A stretch of DNA of 64,000 nt, taken from positions 41,387-105,386 of the forward strand of contig CAZSNP010000002.1 of the NCBI GenBank assembly GCA_964608265.1, given 5' to 3'. Under the pieces are notes generated by a model. That model searched no databases. It saw only the letters and a program-made list of their open reading frames with translations, and was not told the origin of the DNA. Each line of letters starts with the position of its first letter. Positions within the stretch are counted from its first letter, which is position 1. Positions 22,748 through 32,573 of this stretch are shown in pieces. The DNA comes from an uncultured Anaerolineales bacterium (lineage in GTDB: Bacteria; Chloroflexota; Anaerolineae; Anaerolineales; UBA6663). The translations under genes and the position numbers were made by a program.

Positions 22748-24874
22748 GTGCGTGTTAAGTTCTGGGGGGTGCGTGGCTCCATCCCTACCCCTCTCACCAC
22801 CGAACAGTTGCGCGAGAAGCTCTTCCGGGCGCTCACCGGCGCGGCCGGTCTCGATTTATCGGACCCGGCGGCGGTGCAGGCTTACCTCGCCAATCTGCCG
22901 CCGGCGGTGAGCGGCGTCGTCGGCGGCAACACCACCTGCGTCGAAATCGAATCCGGCGCCGATACCCTCATCGTCGATTGCGGCTCGGGGATGCGAGCGC
23001 TCGGCCTGCAACTGATGGCCCGCGACTTCGGCAAGGGCAAGGGCACGGCGCACATCTTCCTCACCCACGCGCACTGGGATCATTTGCAGGGCTTCCCCTT
23101 CTTCCTGCCCGCCTACATCCCCGGCAACAAGCTCGTCTTCTACGCCGTCAATTTCAACCCGCAACACTACCTCGAGCATCAGCAGGTCGCGCCGATGTTC
23201 TTCCCGGTGCCGCCGAGCGTGATGGCGGCGGATAAGCAGTTCGTGCAATTGCGCGAAGGGCAGACGGTGCAGATCGGGCGCACGGCGATTTCAAGCCTGG
23301 CGCTGTACCATCCCGGCACCGCCTACGCCTATCGGTTTGACGACGGCGAGAGCGTCTTCGTCTTCGCCAGCGACGGCGAATACAAGTTGCTCACCGAGCC
23401 GAACCTGCGCCGCTACGTTGATTTCTACGCCAACGCCGACGCGCTCGTCTTCGACTCGCAGTTCTCGTTGCGGGATGTGTTCTTCAACCGCGCGGATTGG
23501 GGGCACAGCTCGGCCATCATCGGCGTGGATATCGCCGAGCGCGCGCGGGTGAAGCGGCTGGTCACCTTTCATCACGAGCCGACCCATAGCGACGAACAAA
23601 TCTATCAAATCGCCGAGACGGCCCGCGAGTACGCGCAGGTCAACGAGATCGAGTTTCACACCGAGGTCATCGTCGGCACCGAAGGTCTGGAGCTGTTCCT
23701 CGGCGAGCCGCCCCGGCTGGAGATGATCGAGCAGCGCAACGGCTCAGCCTGGTCGCTGGCGTTGGCCGGGCATTTGAACCAGGTCTCCGCCGACGGCGCG
23801 CGCGCCCACCTCGAGACGATGTTGACCCAGGCCCCCGGCGGGCGCGTGCTGCTTGATCTGACCCTGTTGGCGACCGTGGACGCGCACGGGGTGAAGGGCA
23901 TCCTCGACACGGCGCGGGCGCATCCGCACACGCGGCTGGCGGTGCTCGCCCCGGCCAAACACATCCGGCGCACCCTCGAACAGAGCGGGGTGACCGAGGC
24001 GCTGCACGTCTTCCGCAACCGGCAGCAGGCGCTGACGGCCCTCATCGGCCCCCGGCATCTGCGGTTGGCGTCCGAGACCATCGGCGGCGCGTATCAGATT
24101 CACGAGTTGTTGTTCGCCGATGAGGACGGTGTGGTGTACCTCGGCACCGATAAGGCGGATGAGTCCCCGGTGCTGGTGGAGGTCGTCGCCGGCTCGGCGG
24201 GCGACTCGACGCGCGAGTTGTTTCTGCAACGCGCCGCGGCCTGGCAGGGGCTGCGATACCCGTCGCTGTTGCCGGTGAAGACCATCGTTACGGATGAGGG
24301 CTGGGCGGCGGTGGTGTGCGCCAAACCCGAGGGCCGTTCGTTGCGCGAGTGGCGCGCGGCCAAACCGCCGTGGAAGGAGTTGTGGCTCACCGTCGAGCGG
24401 CTGTGTCACACGCTGGCCGCCCTGCACGCCGCCGGGTTGATCCATGGTGAACTCAGCCCCGAGCACATCGTCACCGATGAGCGCGGCATCCGCCTGGCGC
24501 GGACCTTGCTGTTCGAATATCCGCCGGGCTTCGGGCCGAGCAGTTACCGCGCCCCCGAGCAGTTGCGCGGCCAACCGCTTGCGGCGGCGAGCGACGTGTA
24601 TTTGCTGGGCCTGATTCTGTACGAGGTCTTGCTCGGCGCGCCAGCCTTTGCCGCCGAGAGTGAGGAGCTGCGGCTGACGCTGCAACTCCACAGCCAACCG
24701 CAAAGCCCGCGCGCGCATTGGCCCGAAATCCCCGAGGAACTGGAGGCGCTGCTGTTGAAGATGCTGGCGCTCTCCCCGGCCGACCGGCACCCCTCCGGGC
24801 GCGAGGTCGCCGACACCATCGCCGTAATCTCCCGCAAAATCTTCCCCCGCCGCAGCACCGGCTTGTTGTCGTAG
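22748..24874 (+). CDS. three-domain fusion: MBL-fold metallo-hydrolase + STAS domain + degenerate Ser/Thr protein kinase (pseudokinase)
   Basis: MRVKFWGVRGS...HTHAHWDHLQGFPFF (MBL). LLDLTLLATVDAHGVKGILD (STAS). Kinase C-lobe YRAPEQ, SDVYLLGLILYEVLLG and ADRHPS are kept, but VAIK-Lys is Glu (GAG 24179-24181), HRD is HGE (24443-24451) and there is no DFG. Confidence 0.8.
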   Translation: MRVKFWGVRGSIPTPLTTEQLREKLFRALTGAAGLDLSDPAAVQAYLANLPPAVSGVVGGNTTCVEIESGADTLIVDCGSGMRALGLQLMARDFGKGKGTAHIFLTHAHWDHLQGFPFFLPAYIPGNKLVFYAVNFNPQHYLEHQQVAPMFFPVPPSVMAADKQFVQLREGQTVQIGRTAISSLALYHPGTAYAYRFDDGESVFVFASDGEYKLLTEPNLRRYVDFYANADALVFDSQFSLRDVFFNRADWGHSSAIIGVDIAERARVKRLVTFHHEPTHSDEQIYQIAETAREYAQVNEIEFHTEVIVGTEGLELFLGEPPRLEMIEQRNGSAWSLALAGHLNQVSADGARAHLETMLTQAPGGRVLLDLTLLATVDAHGVKGILDTARAHPHTRLAVLAPAKHIRRTLEQSGVTEALHVFRNRQQALTALIGPRHLRLASETIGGAYQIHELLFADEDGVVYLGTDKADESPVLVEVVAGSAGDSTRELFLQRAAAWQGLRYPSLLPVKTIVTDEGWAAVVCAKPEGRSLREWRAAKPPWKELWLTVERLCHTLAALHAAGLIHGELSPEHIVTDERGIRLARTLLFEYPPGFGPSSYRAPEQLRGQPLAAASDVYLLGLILYEVLLGAPAFAAESEELRLTLQLHSQPQSPRAHWPEIPEELEALLLKMLALSPADRHPSGREVADTIAVISRKIFPRRSTGLLS

Positions 24875-24880
24875 GATTTG

Positions 24881-24948
24881 AACCACAAAGAACACGAAGG
24901 TTACAGAGTCTATCTGTATCCCTCGTGCTCTTTGTGTTCTTTGTGGTT
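24881..24948 (+). terminator. long hairpin downstream of the fusion gene (15-bp perfect stem)
   Basis: AACCACAAAGAACAC (24881-24895) / GTGTTCTTTGTGGTT (24934-24948). Confidence 0.45.
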
Positions 24949-25060
24949 AGCCTTCCGGCCGGCCTTCTCCGATAGCCGACTGACGCCTACCCGCCCGCTG
25001 CAACGCTCGGGCGCGCAGCGCGTAATACCGAGCAGACCGTCTGACTCAACTGGAGGCACT

Positions 25061-25363
25061 ATGTCTGCAATGTCACACGCCTGGCGGCACGAACTCCGCC
25101 ATTCACTGCGCCGCGCTTTCCGCCGCAACGGCCATCATCGCTCGCCGTTCGGCTGGCTGTTCTGGCTGCTCTTCCTGCCCTTCCGGCTGGTCTTCGGATT
25201 GGTCGGCTTCATCATCGGGCTGGTCGGGCGGCTGGTGGCGTTCATCCTCGGCGCGGTATTCGTCGTCGTCGGCGTGCTCGTCAGCCTGACCATCGTCGGG
25301 GCCATCATCGGCATCCCACTCGCATTGATCGGGTTGGTGATGATGGTCAAGGCGATCTTCTGA
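25061..25363 (+). CDS. small hydrophobic membrane protein (100 aa)
   Basis: GGAGG SD 5 nt before ATG 25061. Arg/His-rich N-terminus followed by ~3 TM helices. Confidence 0.55.
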   Translation: MSAMSHAWRHELRHSLRRAFRRNGHHRSPFGWLFWLLFLPFRLVFGLVGFIIGLVGRLVAFILGAVFVVVGVLVSLTIVGAIIGIPLALIGLVMMVKAIF

Positions 25364-25393
25364 TCGGCGATCTTCTGATCGGCGATCTTCTGA
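25351..25393. repeat. 15-bp tandem repeat x2.9 (GGCGATCTTCTGATC) spanning the stop codon of the small membrane protein
   Basis: Units at 25351-25365, 25366-25380 and 25381-25393; the stop TGA is at 25361-25363. Confidence 0.9.
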
Positions 25394-25395
25394 GC

Positions 25396-25509
25396 AAAAC
25401 GTGATGCGTGAAACGTGAGACTCGGTTGTGGCGAAGTTTCGACCATTGACCGAGTCAATGAACGACCACGCATCACGTTTCACGTTTCACGTTTTACGCA
25501 TCACGCATC

Positions 25510-25511
<2 letters not shown>
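25396..25511. repeat. heptamer-repeat inverted structure (CACGYWT units) with inner 8-bp hairpin
   Basis: Left: AAACGTG ATGCGTG AAACGTG. Right: CACGCAT CACGTTT CACGTTT CACGTTT TACGCAT CACGCAT. Inner pair GACTCGGT (25419-25426) / ACCGAGTC (25449-25456). Confidence 0.8.
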
Positions 25512-27189
<1,678 letters not shown>

Positions 27190-27242
27190 ACGGAGGCCTC
27201 CAGGATATGTGTGCCTTCTGAAATTCGACCTCGTTCGCGAGG

Positions 27243-27271
27243 ATTATACCGGCTGGGAGATCTTCAGCGAA
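27243..27271 (-). promoter_or_regulatory. putative sigma70-type promoter of the mutase gene
   Basis: Reverse strand TTCGCT - 17 nt - TATAAT, then a 54-nt leader ending in GGAGG ... ATG. Confidence 0.35.
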
Positions 27272-27415
27272 TGAGTCGCGGATGGCCGACAACGGATTGC
27301 TTTCGGCGAAGCGGATGGAAACGGATGCTGTTGCTCACCGAAAGGGAATCTACCTTCACGCGGCCATCCGCTGGTATCTGCGTATCCATCTCGGGCAGCA
27401 TCCGTTGACGATCGG

Positions 27416-28756
27416 TTACGGCCTCATCCCCCACTCTTTCATCCGCGCCCGCGCCGGCCCCCAGTTCGTGTGTTGCCTGAGCGCCTCGCGCAGATCGGCC
27501 TCGGCCTGTTGCGTGTTGCCCAGCGCATAGTGCGCCCGCGCGCGCCAGTAGTAGCTCTCCTCGAGGCCGGGCTTGACGACGAGCGCCGTTGCCAGATCAA
27601 TGATGTCTTGATGGCGGCCCGCGCCGAAGTAGGCGGCGTACATCTCGTGCTGATACCACAGCATCCGCCACGGCAGCGTGTTGTAGCCCCGCGCCTGATC
27701 GAACGCCGCCGCCGCTTCCTCATCGCGCCCGAGATAGTGCAGCGAGACCCCGGCGTTGTGCCAGGCGAAGGCCAGTTGTTCGGGATCGGTGAGCGTTTGC
27801 GTCTCGGACTGCGCGAGGCTGAGCGCGCGCAGGTGATTGCTTTGTTCATCCGCGTCCGCGCCGAGCAGCGCGAGCAGGTCGGCTTCGCGCTCGGCTGAGG
27901 CCAGCACGACGTACACGTAATTGAACGCGCGCCAATCCAGCGCCACGGCCTCATAGCCGCGCCGATAGTTCGGGCCTTTGAACGAGTCCTGGGTGATGAA
28001 CTCGCGTTGCTCATCGTCGTAGCCGGTGACGAGAGAGTAATGCCCCTCCCAGCCCAGTCCCTCCTGTTCGTGCTCGGCCTCCAAAAACGCCCGCTCGAGG
28101 ATGACCGGGAATCCGTTGGCCACCAGCACGCGCACCCGGTCGAGGTCGCCGCCGTAGCGGATGATGGCGCTCAATCCCACTTGCCGCGCGAAGGCCGCCA
28201 ACTCGTGCGGGGTGACGTTGCGATCCTCAAAATCGGGTTTGATGACCGCCGCGACATCCTTCTGCCAGCGCACATCCACCCCGTTGCCATACCACTTTAG
28301 CGAGTCGGCCTCCGCGCCGCGCCAGCCCCAGAACACGAGCGCGGCGGTGAGCGTGGCCGGGCCGCAATTGTTGAACAGTTGTGGTTCGTAGCGCGCGCCG
28401 GTCAGCGTGACCGTGGGCGGCAGCACGATGGGTGTCGGGGTGGATGTTGGCGGAGGTGTCGGCGTTGCGGTGAAGATGGGATCGGTGGGCGCGGGGGATG
28501 GCGTGGCGGTGGAGGCGGCGATGATGAGGCTGGGTGGCGCGGCGCGGGTCGCGTTGAGCGTGGGCAGCACAGCGGCCTGCGGCGCGAGCGTATCGCGCAC
28601 CCGTTCGATCAACAGCGCCACTCGCCATTCCAGCCGGTCGCGGACGAAGGGCATCTGCCAGAAGACCGCGCCCGCGGCGACGAGCAGCGCGAGCACAATC
28701 ACGCAACCGAGCGCATCGGCGGCGCGCCGGCGGCGACGGGCCAGACGGGTTTGCAT
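27416..28756 (-). CDS. membrane-anchored peptidase C39-like domain protein with C-terminal TPR repeats
   Basis: TM, Pro/Thr linker, then LFNNCGPATLTAAL (Cys) and EGHYSLVTGYDD (His). The C-terminal ~180 aa has TPR-like periodicity. ATG 28756 is supported by the upstream promoter geometry (alternative GTG 28774). Confidence 0.7.
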   Translation of the reverse strand: MQTRLARRRRRAADALGCVIVLALLVAAGAVFWQMPFVRDRLEWRVALLIERVRDTLAPQAAVLPTLNATRAAPPSLIIAASTATPSPAPTDPIFTATPTPPPTSTPTPIVLPPTVTLTGARYEPQLFNNCGPATLTAALVFWGWRGAEADSLKWYGNGVDVRWQKDVAAVIKPDFEDRNVTPHELAAFARQVGLSAIIRYGGDLDRVRVLVANGFPVILERAFLEAEHEQEGLGWEGHYSLVTGYDDEQREFITQDSFKGPNYRRGYEAVALDWRAFNYVYVVLASAEREADLLALLGADADEQSNHLRALSLAQSETQTLTDPEQLAFAWHNAGVSLHYLGRDEEAAAAFDQARGYNTLPWRMLWYQHEMYAAYFGAGRHQDIIDLATALVVKPGLEESYYWRARAHYALGNTQQAEADLREALRQHTNWGPARARMKEWGMRP

Positions 28757-28762
28757 GCGGGC

Positions 28763-28791
28763 ATCATCACCCACGCCGCGCGAAATGACAA
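28763..28791 (-). promoter_or_regulatory. putative promoter with leaderless geometry for the C39/TPR gene
   Basis: Reverse strand TTGTCA - 17 nt - GATGAT - GCCCGC - ATG. Confidence 0.4.
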
Positions 28792-28810
28792 GCCCGGCAG
28801 CGCGGGCCGG

Positions 28811-29233
28811 TTACGGGGTTGGGTTGGTCGCGCGCATGTGCTTGACCGATTGCCGGATCAGTTTCTTCAGCGTGGGCAGATGCACGTCGTCGAGGCGCTT
28901 GAGGTACAAACACGACTTGCCGCAGGCGTGCTTGCCCAGCTTCGCCAGCAGCGCCCCGTATTGCTCGAAGCCGGAGGTGATGTAGACCGTCAGGTTTTGT
29001 TTGCGTGGCGAGAAGCCGGTCAGCGGCCAGTCGCCCTCGCGCCCGCTGGCGTAAACGTAGTGATAGGCGCCAAAGCCGACGATGCTGCTGCCCCACATCT
29101 TCGGCTCGGCCTTCGTGACCTGCTTCATGATTTCCACCAGCTTGAAGCAATCAGCCCGTGTCTGCGCATCGGGGATGCGGTTGAGGAAGGCCTCGACGCT
29201 TTCGTCGGTGAGCTTGGTTTTTGGCTCGGCCAT
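28811..29233 (-). CDS. DUF1801 (YdhG-like) domain protein
   Basis: MAEPKTKLTDESVEAFLNRIPD..R.DCFKL.EIM...T...PKMWG.SIVGFG.YHY.YASGREGDW is typical of the family. AAGGAGA SD. Confidence 0.8.
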   Translation of the reverse strand: MAEPKTKLTDESVEAFLNRIPDAQTRADCFKLVEIMKQVTKAEPKMWGSSIVGFGAYHYVYASGREGDWPLTGFSPRKQNLTVYITSGFEQYGALLAKLGKHACGKSCLYLKRLDDVHLPTLKKLIRQSVKHMRATNPTP

Positions 29234-29296
29234 GGTGGTCTCCTTGGATCAGATGACGGTACGGGCGCGCCTGGGGCCGATCATACGAGGAATGGG

Positions 29297-30055
29297 CTAC
29301 GGCGCGGGCGGCTCGATTTGCGAGAGGCGCGGCACTTGCAGGGTGAGTTGATACTGCTGCCCACCGGATTCGACGAGGGCGTAGATGTTTGTATTGATGA
29401 TGCTCCACGCCAGCGCCAACGTCTCGCCTTCGATGGTGCGCCCGCCCACCGCCTCGGCCAGTGTGAAGCCGGCCTCGTCGTCGGGCCAGCGGAAGTCCGA
29501 GGGCCGAGTGCCGTCACCGGCGGGCATCGCCGTGAGGTAGCCGGTGGCCGGCACGAACTCCGCGCCGGTCGCGCCCGCTCCGCCGCCCACCGCACTCACC
29601 AGATCGTGAAACTTCGCCGGTGCGCCCTCGAAGTATTCCGACACGCTCTTGCTTTCGCTCACCAGATTCACGCGCAGCGTCGTCGTCCCCGCGTCGTACA
29701 CGGTATCCACCGGCCCGTACAAACTCTGCCAGCCGAAGAAGCCGGCGTCGGAAAATTGCGTGAGCAGCCCCAGCATTTGCTCGCGGGTGAGTGTGCCTTC
29801 GTACACATGACGCTCGCGCGTGTTGATCCGGGTTCCGACCCACACAATCCGCCCATCGCCGTACACGCGCGCCACCGGGATGGCGTTTAGCACCCAATTC
29901 TGCGGCGCCATCCCGCCTGAGTAGTAGGCCTCGATGATGACGGCGTCCGGCGACTCATCCCATTCCAGCGCCGGTCGCGGCGGCGCAACCGTGCTGCACG
30001 CCAGCGCGGCCAGCACGAGAGTGATTATGACGAAAAGGATGTGGCGGTTGAGCAT
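29297..30055 (-). CDS. hypothetical lipoprotein
   Basis: MLNRHILFVIITLVLAALAC lipobox; GGAGG SD; no recognised domain. Confidence 0.6.
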   Translation of the reverse strand: MLNRHILFVIITLVLAALACSTVAPPRPALEWDESPDAVIIEAYYSGGMAPQNWVLNAIPVARVYGDGRIVWVGTRINTRERHVYEGTLTREQMLGLLTQFSDAGFFGWQSLYGPVDTVYDAGTTTLRVNLVSESKSVSEYFEGAPAKFHDLVSAVGGGAGATGAEFVPATGYLTAMPAGDGTRPSDFRWPDDEAGFTLAEAVGGRTIEGETLALAWSIINTNIYALVESGGQQYQLTLQVPRLSQIEPPAP

Positions 30056-30104
30056 GCAGCCTCCGAATGAGCGATGCTTGCATGACGCGTTGTATAGGTC
30101 AGGG

Positions 30105-30147
30105 GTTCACGGAATTCCAGCGTTGGCTAGAGCCAACGCCTGTGAAC
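30105..30147. repeat. compound hairpin GTTCAC..GCGTTGGC-TAGA-GCCAACGC..GTGAAC
   Basis: 8-bp inner stem (30120-30127 / 30132-30139) and 6-bp outer stem (30105-30110 / 30142-30147). Confidence 0.6.
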
Positions 30148-30165
30148 AAAAGCGACACCTGCGAA

Positions 30166-30210
30166 GCGGGTTTCTCGTTGACCAGCCGTCCGTTTCCAGC
30201 GGATGGCTGG
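30166..30210. repeat. 45-nt repeat family 'R2', copy A (hairpin GCCGTCCG-TTTCCAG-CGGATGGC)
   Basis: GCGGGTTT-9nt-CAGCCGTCCGTTTCCAGCGGATGGCTGG, near-identical to 45433-45476. Confidence 0.7.
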
Positions 30211-30212
30211 CA

Positions 30213-31103
30213 TTACAGATCGGGAGCGAGGAAGTAAATTGGTTTTAGCGGTAGCCTATCTCTTGCTTCCTCGTCCAGCCTGTCGGAGTATTCTATCCAC
30301 AGTTCAAATAAACGCTCAAGGTTGATCAATGTTACCTGCCGCGACTCTTGAGTTCGAGCAGCTTCCTCAGCATCTTTGGTGAAGCCTCCGACATTGACGA
30401 AGATACCAACGTCTTCACCTCCCAGCAAAGCCATGAATGACCGCAAATCCTGAACACGGATCGGGCTGGATTCACGCTTTACTTGAACCTTGATACGCGG
30501 TGGGCGTGTGCCCAATGGATCATTCCAGGCCAAGATGTCAATTCCGCCATCCTTTCCCGGCGGTGCAATCCAAGACACGTGGTAACCCATGGCTCGGAGT
30601 AATGCCGCCACAAGTTTCTGAAACTCAAAAGGATTCATGATGCGAAAGTATTGCTCGATTTCGTTCCACGCTTGTTCTTCCGCCTGTTCGAAGGTTATCG
30701 TAACTGTTTTTTCGTCATCACTCGCAACACCGTCTTCTCCGCCCACAGGGAGCTCGACCACGCGACTGGCCCGCCATGCCTGATAGAGTTTCACAGCAGC
30801 TCGATGAAAGCTCTCTGGAGTTTTGAACTTTTCGTATGCTTCTCGTCCTTGGTCAGTCACAACCCAACGACCTTTGTCTTTGAGCAACCATCCGGCCTTT
30901 ACGTAGTCAATCGTCGCAAAGCGGACAATCTTTTCGAAACGCGAACCGGATTCGTATGATCCTTGTTCGTATTCGGACAATTCAACCTGCGATCGAAGCG
31001 CACCTAATGCGTCCTGTGCGCGCATTCCTTCCGGGTGAGCAAGAAGTATTTCAAAGAGCTTCCGCAGGAGTTCACCAGTTCGTTGTAGTGTTACTGCTGG
31101 CAT
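30213..31103 (-). CDS. mrr: Mrr-type (type IV) restriction endonuclease: Mrr_N winged helix + Mrr catalytic domain
   Basis: C-terminal FEFQKLVAALLRAMGY...GKDGGIDILAW......RIKVQVKR....IRVQDLRSFMALL.....GIFVNVGGFTKDA (D-x(n)-(Q/E)xK PD-fold) with an Mrr_N-like N-terminus. Hand-counted GC is 45-47% versus 73% in the neighbouring gene. Confidence 0.85.
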   Translation of the reverse strand: MPAVTLQRTGELLRKLFEILLAHPEGMRAQDALGALRSQVELSEYEQGSYESGSRFEKIVRFATIDYVKAGWLLKDKGRWVVTDQGREAYEKFKTPESFHRAAVKLYQAWRASRVVELPVGGEDGVASDDEKTVTITFEQAEEQAWNEIEQYFRIMNPFEFQKLVAALLRAMGYHVSWIAPPGKDGGIDILAWNDPLGTRPPRIKVQVKRESSPIRVQDLRSFMALLGGEDVGIFVNVGGFTKDAEEAARTQESRQVTLINLERLFELWIEYSDRLDEEARDRLPLKPIYFLAPDL

Positions 31104-31166
31104 TCATAATCTCCCACATGCGAAAAGGCTTAGCCCGCATCAACAGCAAATGACGACGACAATACG

Positions 31167-32435
31167 CTATCCCCTCAACGGCCCGGTGCCCGCCTTCGCG
31201 TTGGCCGGCGGGGGCGGCGGGGTGACGGGCAGGTGCAGGGTGAAGGTGCAGCCGGGGAAGTGCTGCTCGTCGTAGCCCGCGCTCTCCACCCAGATCTTGC
31301 CGCCGTGCGCGCGCGCCACGCCCTTCGCAATCGCCAAACCCAGCCCCGGCCCGCCGCCCTTGAACGCCACCTTGCTGCTCGAGTGCAGCGCCACCGCGCC
31401 GACCTGATAGAACTTCTCGAAGATCAAATCCTTGTGCTCGGCGTCGAGGCCGATGCCGGTGTCCTGCACCACGATCTCCGCGCCGGGCGCGTCCCCCTCC
31501 AGCGTGACGGGCCGCGTGCGAATGGTGATCGTACCGTCGTCGGGCGTGTATTTCACCGCGTTGATGATGAGGTGATACAACGCCTTTTGAATCAGCGTCG
31601 GGTCGGCGTTGATGATCGGCGTCAGGCCGGTGTGCTCGACGGTGAACGTCAGCTTGCGCGCGCCGGCCTCGGCCTCTTTCTGGATGCGGTTGACGATGTC
31701 GTTGACGACGCTTTTGAGCGGCACCGGCACCACGGAGAGCCGCAACCCCTCGCTGTCGATCCGGCTCACATCCAGCATCGTGTTGACGATCTCGTGCAGC
31801 CGCTCGGTGCCCTTGCTCAACCCGTCGAGCACCTCCATCAACATGCTGCTGGCGCGTACGCCGTTGTCGAGTTTCATCACGTTGATGTAGCCCTTCATCA
31901 CCGTCAGCGGGGTGCGCAGTTCGTGCGCGGCCACCTGGATGAAATCGAGCTTGTTGCGGTCGAGCTGGGCGAGGACCTTGTTGGTGCGGCGCAAGTCCTC
32001 GATCGCCATCTGATCGTTTTGCCGCATGCGGTTGAGGGTGATGCGGATGATGTTGAGGGCCATGTGCGGGCTGCGGCTCAACATCGCCTCGAAATCGCTC
32101 TTGGCCATCTCGAGCACGTCCACCTCGGTCAGGGCGCGCACGCTGGCGGCGCGCGGCGCGTTTTGGATCAGCGCCATCTCGCCGACGAAGTCGCCCTGCC
32201 CGACCACGCGCAGCACCCGCTCGGCGTGATCTTCGCCGACGGCCTTGGTGATCACCGCCTCGCCGCCGGCCAGGATGTAAAACACTTCTTCATACGCGCC
32301 CTCGCGGCAGAGCACGTGCCCCGGCGGGTACGTGTGCGCGCGCGTCACGTCCGCCATATCCTGCAATTCGGCCTCGGTCAGCCCGACGAACGTCTGCCCG
32401 AGGACGGCGATCTTGTTGATGGGGGTGGTGCTCAT
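31167..32435 (-). CDS. cyclic-nucleotide-binding domain + histidine kinase (HisKA, HATPase_c)
   Basis: cNMP motif GDFVGEMALIQNAPRAASVRA. H-box AAHELRTPLT. N, G1 and G2 boxes (HLIINAVKYTP, DTGIGL, GGPGLGLAIAKG). Confidence 0.85.
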   Translation of the reverse strand: MSTTPINKIAVLGQTFVGLTEAELQDMADVTRAHTYPPGHVLCREGAYEEVFYILAGGEAVITKAVGEDHAERVLRVVGQGDFVGEMALIQNAPRAASVRALTEVDVLEMAKSDFEAMLSRSPHMALNIIRITLNRMRQNDQMAIEDLRRTNKVLAQLDRNKLDFIQVAAHELRTPLTVMKGYINVMKLDNGVRASSMLMEVLDGLSKGTERLHEIVNTMLDVSRIDSEGLRLSVVPVPLKSVVNDIVNRIQKEAEAGARKLTFTVEHTGLTPIINADPTLIQKALYHLIINAVKYTPDDGTITIRTRPVTLEGDAPGAEIVVQDTGIGLDAEHKDLIFEKFYQVGAVALHSSSKVAFKGGGPGLGLAIAKGVARAHGGKIWVESAGYDEQHFPGCTFTLHLPVTPPPPPANAKAGTGPLRG

Positions 32436-32464
32436 GGTGCTGTGCGGATGGTGCCCGAAGATTT

Positions 32465-32565
32465 CGCCCTCACCCCCCGCCCCTCTCCCGCTGGGAGAGG
32501 GGGGTGGGCTTGGTCATTTCAGGGTCAACTCCCTCTCCCGGAGGGAGAGGGTTGGGGTGAGGGCG
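32465..32565. mobile_element. MITE-like element, copy 2 (core only; outer TIRs degraded)
   Basis: CGCCCTCACCCC ... CCCCTCTCCC-GCTG-GGGAGAGGGG ... CCCTCTCCC-GGA-GGGAGAGGG ... GGGGTGAGGGCG. Confidence 0.55.
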
Positions 32566-32573
32566 AGCCGCAA

